Positions 1-8,682 of a stretch of DNA of 64,000 bases are shown piece after piece (position 1 is the stretch's first letter; every line of letters begins with the position of its first letter). Origin of the DNA: Dipteris shenzhenensis (Eukaryota); assembly GCA_047967505.1 (NCBI GenBank), contig CM106538.1, one strand, 5' to 3'. The notes under the pieces are model-generated. The model saw only the letters and a list, made by a program, of their open reading frames with translations. It searched no databases and was not told where the DNA came from. A program made the position numbers and the translations under genes.

Positions 1-659
1 TTGATTCACTTTCGATGATATTCTTGTGAATATGTATGGTTTGGATTGTGAACTTGTGTGATATATTCCTAATATACCACGGATTATGGATGGTTTCTTT
101 CCTGCCAAGACTCTTTTAGAGCTACCAGGATAGATCTGGATAGTCTGCCGTAAGACAAAGTGGGTAAATAATTGAAAGGAACAGGTGTGAAAAGTATGCA
201 TGGGATGTTTGTCTGCATGCATGAAGTGTTTTTGTGTGTACTCATGATGTACCAATAGTTGTGGGTCTTGAGGGATGGCCATATGAAATTGGGTAGTACA
301 TCGAGAGAAACATATATGGGTCCTGCGAGATGGCCATATGAAAAAAAAAGGTGCACACTAACTGTATGTCTACATGTATTGAGTGCTTGTGTATGCTCAT
401 AATGTACCTCGTGCTTTGGGTCCTACAGGATGTCCATGAGAGGATAAATCATCTATGTGGGTCCTATGGGATGGCCATACAAAGCTTCCTGTCTGTCTGA
501 GCATGTATGTCTACCGTTTGTGGAATGATGGCTGGTCGTGTTTTTGACTAACTGAGGCTATAAGCTTCCACTTGGTTTGAAACTTTTGCTGCAGGTTCTG
601 ATGGAACAAAGCGTAAAGTTCGGTGCAAACGGGGACCTTTGCAATTTTTCAAGAGGGGC

Positions 660-1918
660 TGTCACCGGGGACATGAATTTCTAAGCTTTAGGAATTTACG
701 GCGACTACCCTAGCCTCCAACTGATTAAAACGGTTCAAAGGACACTTCAGTGCAGTTAATTCCATGGGCCAAGGCAAGGGACTGAAGGTTAGAGAGGGGT
801 AAAAATCCCTTTCGCTAAAAATAGCTCCAGGAGCCACGTTTGGCTAGCAGGCTTGGAAAGCAAGCAGTAAAGTAGAAATTTGCTTTCAGGGCTGTTTTCG
901 GGACCACAGAAGAACAGGGAGAGGCAAGTCCTAGGCTGGGAAAGTGCTCTAGAGCTATTCTATTACATCACTTTGCTGATTTTTGACTACCTGGACAATC
1001 CGTGGGCTGCCAGAAGTTTGTGCTAGGAGCCTCCAGATCAGTTCGTTTTCGCTGCATGCCTACTGTTCATGCCTTCCCAGAGGCCCAAATCTAATTCACA
1101 CTTCTTCTAGGAGCTTTCTAGGCCAGATGCCTATCAAAATTGCACTTTTCCAGGCAGTTTGGAGCTTCCAAGCAATTCGATCTGCTTCCAGACTTGGCGA
1201 TTCTGTTCCAACAAGTCTTCCAGGGTTGCTGTTGCTAATTTTCATATGCTAGGGTGATAGAGATCTTGCCAGGGAATTTCGTTTTTTCTTGCTGGCTGTT
1301 TTTCCCAAGGTTTTAAGAGCTTTCCTGTCGGTTGATTGCTTTCGGGGGGCTTTCCTGCTGCCTTAGAACCTTTAGATCCTTTTGCTTTGCGCAGCTGGCC
1401 TTTTTGTTTGCCAGGAAGAGTGAGGTGTGGTTGTTTTGCTGGCTTCTGTCTTGCTAGGGCTCCCTTGACGGGTATTCAAAGCGACCCAAGGCAGATAGGG
1501 CTGATGCTCCTGCCAAGACTCCCCTAGTGGGTATCAGAGCTGCCAGGTTAGAACCCTCAGCCAGATTCGGATGAAGGGCCGCTATGGAATGTTGCACTGG
1601 ACTAGGATGCCTTTTCAGTGATTGCAGAGCATGACAGAAGTGCGTGTGATCAGATTATTCAGTTGGCTATGTGTGGACTGATGCACTGCAGTGCGATTCT
1701 TGTACTTGCATGACTTTCTGAATAAAAGATAAAGAAATACCGAAAGGGGCGCTAAGTTTAGGGCCAATCTGATGTGCGGTGCAACACGGGGGTGATCTAG
1801 ATGTCGGGTGTTGTGTTCTAAGTTGATTATGCTTGCTGTGGAAAGTTCTAAGTGGCTGTAAATTGAGTATTTGCTGGCTGTTATCTGTTCACTGCCCTTT
1901 GGGAATTGTGAAGGTGCA
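660..1918 (+). repeat. 3' LTR of an upstream LTR retrotransposon (LTR family A); right boundary approximate
   Basis: Begins TGTCAC directly after a purine tract (AAGAGGGGC, ending 659). Positions 660-1823 align in inverted orientation with 28171-29333. The tail (GCTGTAAAT...TTCACTGCCCT...GAAGGTGCA) resembles the end of the LTR of the 12071-20792 element. Confidence 0.75.
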
Positions 1919-1920
1919 TC

Positions 1921-2005
1921 TACTTTTGGGGAGGAGAAGAAGAAAAAGAGATGTAACTATTGCAGGAAACTTGGGCATGATATCACTGAGTGCAGGAAGA
2001 GAATT
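1921..2005 (+). mobile_element. Ty1/Copia gag zinc-knuckle fragment
   Basis: KKKKRCNYCRKLGHDITECRKRI (CX2CX4HX4C), nearly the same as KKKRCNYCCKPGHEISECRKRI of the Copia at ~22970-23035. Confidence 0.75.
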
Positions 2006-2318
2006 AAGGTCTTGAGTCTACATTTGAGACCCCACCTCCAAGATATCATTCATGAGACGCATACCGGTTTTGTCTAGGAGCGTAGCATCTTGGATAGCAT
2101 CTTTCCATTCTGGGAGGCAGTGGACTGGGCCGAGGAGGAGGTGCAACCGCTCACCGTTCTTCTCGATTTCGAGAAGGCATATGACAAGGTGGATTGGTCC
2201 TTCTTGGAGGGGACTATGCAGAGGCTCGGTTTCTCAGAGGGGTTTCAGCTCTTTATGCGGGCAGTTCTAGCCAAATGATCATCGGAGCTACACAAGCGAG
2301 GCCTTCCCTCTCTCCCGC

Positions 2319-2807
2319 TGTTATGCTCTAGCCGAGATAGCATGACCTCGGATAGATCGGTGGGCATTTTCTCTTAGATGACCAACTTTTGTAATAGTTA
2401 ATGTGCGTAATTAAATGGTCAAGAGAAGTAACTGCCAAGGTCCTAGGTGAGGGCGTAATGGCATTGACTAGGTAGTTCTAATAGGGCTAGGGCCTAGGTG
2501 CATCTAAATGTGCAAATTGCCAAGGGGCAATTGGTTTTAAATGAACTCCAAGAGAGGGGTAAAAAAAAGGATGCATCTAAGAAGGGGCCTAAAATGAAGA
2601 CATGTGGCCAGGAACTATCTAGGGAATTGTGGGTCTCAGGGATAAGGATGAAGGAAAATAACGATGGATGTTACGATATGATGCATCAACGATCCCTGAG
2701 AGTTGGCTGGGAGGAATAAATCAAAAGCCATCGCCCGTGATAATTAATACACGACGAGGTTAGAGATATCTTGTGAGAAACGACGTGACAGAAGAAAGTT
2801 TGTTACA
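2319..2807 (+). repeat. 5' LTR of element D
   Basis: Direct repeat of 8194-8682; TGTTA...TTACA ends; followed by the PBS. Confidence 0.97.
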
Positions 2808-2810
2808 TTG

Positions 2811-2822
2811 TGGTATCAGAGC
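2811..2822 (+). promoter_or_regulatory. Primer binding site (initiator tRNA-Met)
   Basis: TGGTATCAGAGC 3 nt after the LTR end. Confidence 0.93.
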
Positions 2823-3027
2823 TTAGAGATCGACGAAAAAGAAGCAGCGCACTTTGATATCTATTTATTTTTGCGTTCCTAGGCAAAGCTTGCGATACCT
2901 CGTCGTTCTCCGTTTGATCAGCTTCTCTTTCGTGCTTTCAATGCCTTCGCAACGGAGCGTGTGGTCTACGTCGCATCGCTTCAATTCGCCTGCATCGACG
3001 ATGTAGATACGAATGTCGACCATGCAG

Positions 3028-3236
3028 AAAGTCTGGACACCCCACTATTTTGAGTCCTTGACAAGCAGCGTGAACGATGGACACAGGAAGAACATGAAAA
3101 ATTTTTTGAAGCTTTGAAACTCTACGGTAGAACTTGGCGACTTATTGAAGAACACGTTGGGACTAAGAGTGCTGTCCAGATTCGCAGCCATGCACAAAAG
3201 CCCTTTTCAAAGGGAGCGAGTCCCGGGAGATCTTAG
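3028..3236 (+). pseudogene. Captured intronless CCA1/LHY/REVEILLE-type single MYB (SHAQKYF-class) domain in the leader of element D
   Basis: Frame starting at 3063 reads [50 protein letters not shown], then GASPGRS* (TAG 3234-3236). A degenerate KVRKPYTI-like segment (KVWTP...) lies at 3028-3050. There is an in-frame TGA at 3051 and no in-frame ATG. Confidence 0.9.
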
Positions 3237-3486
3237 CTGAGAGCGGGATAGCGGAGCAGGAGGCGACGATGAAAGGTTTTCGATCAGAGCACACGTGACG
3301 GCAGACTTGAATCCAGGAAGCATTTTTTTCCCTCTTTCGAAAAAAATTCTGAGTTGCAGTTAATTCGTTCTATACAGCAGGGATTGTCGTTTATCTTTTC
3401 TGTGTATAAGAAAAAGGGGGAAATCCATCATTTTTATTTTTTTATTTTTTTTTTTTTTTTTTTAACCCATCTTCCACTGTGAATCT

Positions 3487-4380
3487 ATGGAAGCAGAAGG
3501 ACAGAATTCAAGAGTGAATCCTAGTGAGTCTAGAGTACAGTCTACACAACAGATGTCACATCAGGAAGCACCTACATTGATTGGTAGGATTTCAATATTA
3601 GAGGATGCTTTACAGCAGATTATGAACCAGCAACTTCAAGTGAATGCTGGTCAAAATGAGATTAGGGAGATGGTGCAAGCCTTGTCGGCTAGACCGTCTA
3701 GGATTGATAAGGGCAAAGCTCTAGCTGAGCCAAAGCCCAGTGTACATTCCTTAGAGCGCGCAAGGGTCAAAGTACCTAATATCGCTAATTATAGACCAGA
3801 GAAGTACGCTGGTCGAATGACCGAGCGCAGCTCTGATGTGATCGAGGTTTGGTTGCACAAGTGGGAAGAAGCCTTCGCCATTTGTGAGATTAGATCCGAT
3901 CTAAAGAAAATCCGTGAGGCCACACACCTGTTTATTGAGGCAGCGGACAGATGGTGGATAAAGCAACAGAAGGATCAAGTTGCTCCAACCATCTGGGAAG
4001 GGTTTAAAGCTGAATTCAAGAAACACTTTCTCCCACCTGATGAAGGATCCCGAGCTTGGGATGCTTATAGAAATCTTCGTCAGAGGAGTCTGTCAATGGC
4101 AGAGTACACTGACAAATTCAGGGAATGTGTTATGAAAATAACAGACCCTCTCCCTATGTCGGTTCAGTTAAAAGACTATATCTATGGACTGAACGACAAG
4201 ATCAAAATGGAAGTTCGGGCTAAATATGTGACTACACTAGATGAATCTATAGCAGTAGCCCTGAACTATGAGGATGCCAGAGGCAAATCTGGTGGATTTG
4301 TGCAGGCAGGGACTCAGTATGAGCACCCGAGAAAAGGGGGATTTCAGAGGAAATGGATTTCAAAAACAAGTGTCTCGTAG
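3487..4380 (+). CDS. gag: Gypsy gag (retrotransposon capsid domain)
   Basis: 297-aa ORF with Retrotrans_gag-like motifs (ADRWW, WEGFKAEFKKHF, LRQRSLSMAEYTDKF, YIYGL). It ends at a TAG that is in frame with the following pol ORF. Confidence 0.9.
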   Translation: MEAEGQNSRVNPSESRVQSTQQMSHQEAPTLIGRISILEDALQQIMNQQLQVNAGQNEIREMVQALSARPSRIDKGKALAEPKPSVHSLERARVKVPNIANYRPEKYAGRMTERSSDVIEVWLHKWEEAFAICEIRSDLKKIREATHLFIEAADRWWIKQQKDQVAPTIWEGFKAEFKKHFLPPDEGSRAWDAYRNLRQRSLSMAEYTDKFRECVMKITDPLPMSVQLKDYIYGLNDKIKMEVRAKYVTTLDESIAVALNYEDARGKSGGFVQAGTQYEHPRKGGFQRKWISKTSVS

Positions 4381-4401
4381 CCAAGTGGCCAAACCAAGCA
4401 G

Positions 4402-7400
4402 GTGAAGCCGGTTGAGGGACCAGTAAAAACAAGTACCACCGTTGGGGTGAAAAGGAAAATAACTCCAATGGCAGCCCGGGCTTGGTCAAAGTCCTCATTG
4501 ACCCCTGAACAAAAAGAAAAAGCTAGAAAAGAAGAATTGTGCTTCGGCTGCCTTCAGCGACATCAGTGGAAGGATTGTCCACTGAATAAAGACCGTCGCA
4601 CGGCTAATATGATAATATCTGAATGCGACGTAGAAATGCAGGAGAGTCCCAATGCGGAACATATGCAGATGCAACTGGCGGGACCTTCTCAGAGGTTAGT
4701 ACCTTGTTTGTTATGTGTATCTGTTGCTAAGTTAGTGACGAGTGCACCTGATAACATCCTATCTAAGCCCGCAGCAACGGGGTATACGGCCTTTAATGAT
4801 ACGGAGTTAATTAAAATGAAAGGGCAAGTGGCCAGTCATGATGTCATTGTGTTGTTTGACTCAGCGTCAACTCACAATGTGATTAACTCCAAGCTCGTGA
4901 AGAGGCTGAAACTAAAGACAAGTCCATCTGACTATGCGTATACAATCAGGATGGCCGATGGAAGTTCAACTGAAGTATGGGACCAAAGGGTTACCCAGTT
5001 GGAGCTTCGGATTCAGGACTATGCTGAGAAGCTTGATTTTGAAATGACCAAGCTTGCTCATGCAGATATAGCCCTGGGAATGGCGTGGCATTCTAGGAAG
5101 AATCCAGCCATTGATTGGAAAAAGCACGTATATCAATTCAAGATGAATGATGTGCTTTATGTCTTACGAGGTGAAAAAGATATACCTCAGGGACCGTTGG
5201 TTTCCGTGATGGAAATCAGAAAGGCTCAAGTAGAGTTTTTGTACCTTTGCACAGCATCGGTAGAGTCGGTGGATGAGTCTTCGACTAGCACCGATGTTAC
5301 GCAAAGTGGTGAGATGGCCAAGCTGGCTAATCTTATAACAGAGGAGTTCTCTGAATGTTTTAGGGATGAACTACCTTATGGGTTACCTCCAGAGCGGAAA
5401 GTTCAACATAAGATTGAACTGATCCCGGGGGCAGAACCTGTAAATAGACCTCCCTATAGAATGAGTTTTACTGAAGAGGCGGAGGTGCATAGGCAACTGG
5501 AAGAATACCTCAAGTTGGGGCAGATTCAACCAAGTTTCTCACCTTTTGCTTCGCCAATGATATTAAAGAGGAAAAAGGATGATATGTTTCGCCTCTATAT
5601 AGATTACAGAGCATTGAATAATATCACTGTTAAGCACAGGTATCCGATGGCTCGGATTGACGATTTGCTAGATGCATTACATGGAGCCGTGATTTTCAGC
5701 AAGATAGATCTTAAGTGCGGCTACCATCAGATCCGGATTAGAGCCGAGGATGTGCATAAAACCGCTTTCAGGAGCAGGTTTGGTCATTATGAGTTTTTGG
5801 TAATGCCCTTCGGACTTACCAATGCTCCAGCGACCTTCGTCATGCTTATGAACGATTTGCTACGTCCGTATATCGGAAAGTTCGTAGTACATTTTATTGA
5901 CGATATCCTGATATTCAGTAAAAGTGTTACTGAACATCGTGAACACTTAAAGATAGTGTTCAGTACTTTGAGGAAAGCCAGTCTTTATGTGAATAAAAAG
6001 AAAACTATACTGTGTATGGTTAGGCTTGAGTATTTAGGGTTCATAATTACTCCACAGGGGGTAGAAATGGATCCGAAGAAAGTGGCTGCGATACTAACTT
6101 GGCCAATCCCTCAGAGTCTGACCGCGTTGCGATCATTCTTGGGATTTGTCCAGTTTTATAGAAGGCATATCAAAGGATATTCCGGAATAGTATCGATATT
6201 GACTGATCTGACCTCAGATAAAGTACCTTTTATTTGGGGACAGAATCAACAGGAAAGTTTTAACACCATAAAACAAGCTGTGGTCTCAGGACCGGTGTTA
6301 AAAATAGTTGATCCCCAGAAACCGTTGTTCCTAGAAACCGATGCAAGTGGCATTGCGGTAGGAGCAGTCCTCCTTCAAGAGGGAAGGCCAGTAGCCTTTG
6401 AAAGCAAGAAGCTTTCTCCCTCTCAAAGGAATTGGCCAACTCATGAATTGGAGTTGTATGCAGTTATCCATGCTTTGAAAACATGAGGCATTATTTGTAT
6501 GGTTCAGAGTTTTATGTGGATGTGGATCATGATACTCTGAAACATTTTTGTAAACAGCCTGACTTGAGGGGCCGCCAAGCTAGGTGGGCAGAGCTCATGC
6601 AGGAGTTTAATTTGACGATTCGGTACCGAAGAGGAAAAGACAATAAGGTAGCTGATGCGTTGTCTCGCATTATGCACAACCTGAGTTTCACGGTATTAGA
6701 GAGTGCTCTAATGACCGAGATCAGAGAAACTCAGAAGGTGGATGAGTTTGTCCAGAGCTTATGGCCTAAGGCTCATGTATTAAAACCCGGGGAAAATGAA
6801 AAGGATGACCTGGCATCCAAAAAAGGCCAAACTTATGCAAGATATACCATAAGAGATGGTATGCTAGTTAGAAATGGCAAGGTTGTAGTACCTGGTCAGA
6901 ATGATCTCAGGCATTCGACAGTGCCATGATAGCCCGTGTGCGGGACATCCAGGAGTCGAGAAGACATATGATCTCGTGAAGCGAGATTTCTTTTGGCCAA
7001 AGATGAAAAAGCATATTCATGAATATGTGACACGGTGTTTCTCGTGTCAGGTAAGTAAGGCCGAGCGGGTGAAGCCACCCAGACTTTTACAGCCCTTGGA
7101 AATACCACTAAGTAAGTGGGAGAGCATTTCCATGGACTTTATTGTAGGGCTACCTGCAACACAAGGAGGGTATAATTCTATCCTTGTGGTGGTTGATCGT
7201 CTAACCAAGATGGCTCACTTCATTCCGACTAGAGAGTCTGTTAGTGCCCCGCAAGTGGCGGATTTGTTTATAAGACATATATTTCGTCTGCATGGATTGC
7301 CTAGATCCATAGTGTCAGACAGAGATGTCAGATTTACCGGTCATTTTTGGACAGCGGTATTTGAGACACTAAGGACTGAGTTAGGAATGAGTAGTGGGGA

Positions 7401-8181
7401 TCATCCTGAGACGGATGGTCAGACGGAGAGAGTCAACCAGACTTTAGAGGATATGCTGAGAGCATATGTGTCATTGAGGCAACATACATGGGACAAGTGG
7501 TTGCCATTGTTGGAGTTTGCCTACAATGATAGGAAGCATTCATCTACCGGGTTCAGTCCGTTTGAGCTGAACTATGGTTATAGACCAGCCAATCCGACTA
7601 TAGTTGGAGTACCTCAGAAAGTGCCTAGTGCCGCGAACTTTGTAGTTCAGATGCGGGAGATGCTAGCACTTGCGAGAGCTAATATCCGCCAGGCTATGGA
7701 TAGAGCCAAGGTGTATGCGGATGAAAATCGGTCTATAAGAGTATTTGAAGAAGGAGAAAAAGTTTTTCTCAGAATTCCTTCGCACTCGAAGTCGTCGACT
7801 TCAGGAGAGTGTGCTAAGTTATCACCTCGATACTGTGGGCCGTGGTTAATTCTAAAGAGAATAGGCAGTGTAGCCTATAAATTAGAATTGCCACAGGGGT
7901 GTAAGGTGCACCCGGTTTTTCATGTTTCGCGCTTAAAGAAATTTTTGCATACAGGTGACTCACTAATCGAAGGTGTGGTTTTGTTTCAGGAGATAGAGGA
8001 TATTGCAAGGCGCAAACCAACAACAATCCTCGACCGAGGAACAATGCAAATACGAAATCGGAAGATACCCACGGTGTTGGTTGCATGGCATGGTCAGCCT
8101 CTATCGGAAGCTACCTCGGAATCCGTATACCAGTTACGGAGAGCGTTCCCAGATTTCATCATCGAGGACGCTGATGCTTGA
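4402..8181 (+). pseudogene. pol: Gypsy pol (zinc knuckle, protease, RT, RNase H, integrase, chromodomain) in three frameshifted pieces: 4402-6486, 6483-6929, 6901-8181
   Basis: LFDSASTHN (PR); [33 protein letters not shown] (RT); TDASG and ELELYAV (RH); GHPG..CFSCQ, SMDFI, SDRD, GQTERVN (IN); ILD...LVAWHGQPLSEATSE (chromodomain-like). Frameshifts at ~6485 and ~6915. Confidence 0.92.
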
Positions 8182-8193
8182 AGAGGGAAGGAA

Positions 8194-8682
8194 TGTTATG
8201 CTCTAGCCGAGATAGCATGACCTCGGATAGATCGGTGGGCATTTTCTCTTAGATGACCAACTTTTGTAATAGTTAATGTGCGTAATTAAATGGTCAAGAG
8301 AAGTAACTGCCAAGGTCCTAGGTGAGGGCGTAATGGCATTGACTAGGTAGTTCTAATAGGGCTAGGGCCTAGGTGCATCTAAATGTGCAAATTGCCAAGG
8401 GGCAATTGGTTTTAAATGAACTCCAAGAGAGGGGTAAAAAAAAGGATGCATCTAAGAAGGGGCCTAAAATGAAGACATGTGGCCAGGAACTATCTAGGGA
8501 ATTGTGGGTCTCAGGGATAAGGATGAAGGAAAATAACGATGGATGTTACGATATGATGCATCAACGATCCCTGAGAGTTGGCTGGGAGGAATAAATCAAA
8601 AGCCATCGCCCGTGATAATTAATACACGACGAGGTTAGAGATATCTTGTGAGAAACGACGTGACAGAAGAAAGTTTGTTACA
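8194..8682 (+). repeat. 3' LTR of element D
   Basis: Preceded by PPT GAAGAGGGAAGGAA and followed by TSD CCCGC. Confidence 0.97.

Larger units (their letters stand above)
2319..8682 (+). mobile_element. Full-length young Ty3/Gypsy chromovirus-type LTR retrotransposon (element D)
   Basis: LTRs 2319-2807 and 8194-8682 (489 bp each, TG...CA, identical by eye). TSD CCCGC at 2314-2318 and 8683-8687. Met-tRNA PBS 2811-2822, PPT 8180-8193. Domain order gag-PR-RT-RH-IN-chromodomain. Confidence 0.97.

Noticed and set aside
255-485. Spaced repeats as a CRISPR-like array (also considered for 50968-52778)
   Set aside because: Eukaryotic TE context, degenerate repeats, irregular spacer lengths and no cas genes.
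1675-1800. Possible hammerhead ribozyme (CTGATG and GAAA nearby), as in plant retrozymes
   Set aside because: No intact CUGANGA core with a stem II leading to GAAA could be built.
2498-2719. Identical 73-aa ORFs at 2498 and 8373
   Set aside because: A consequence of the identical LTRs; GTG start and no coding evidence.
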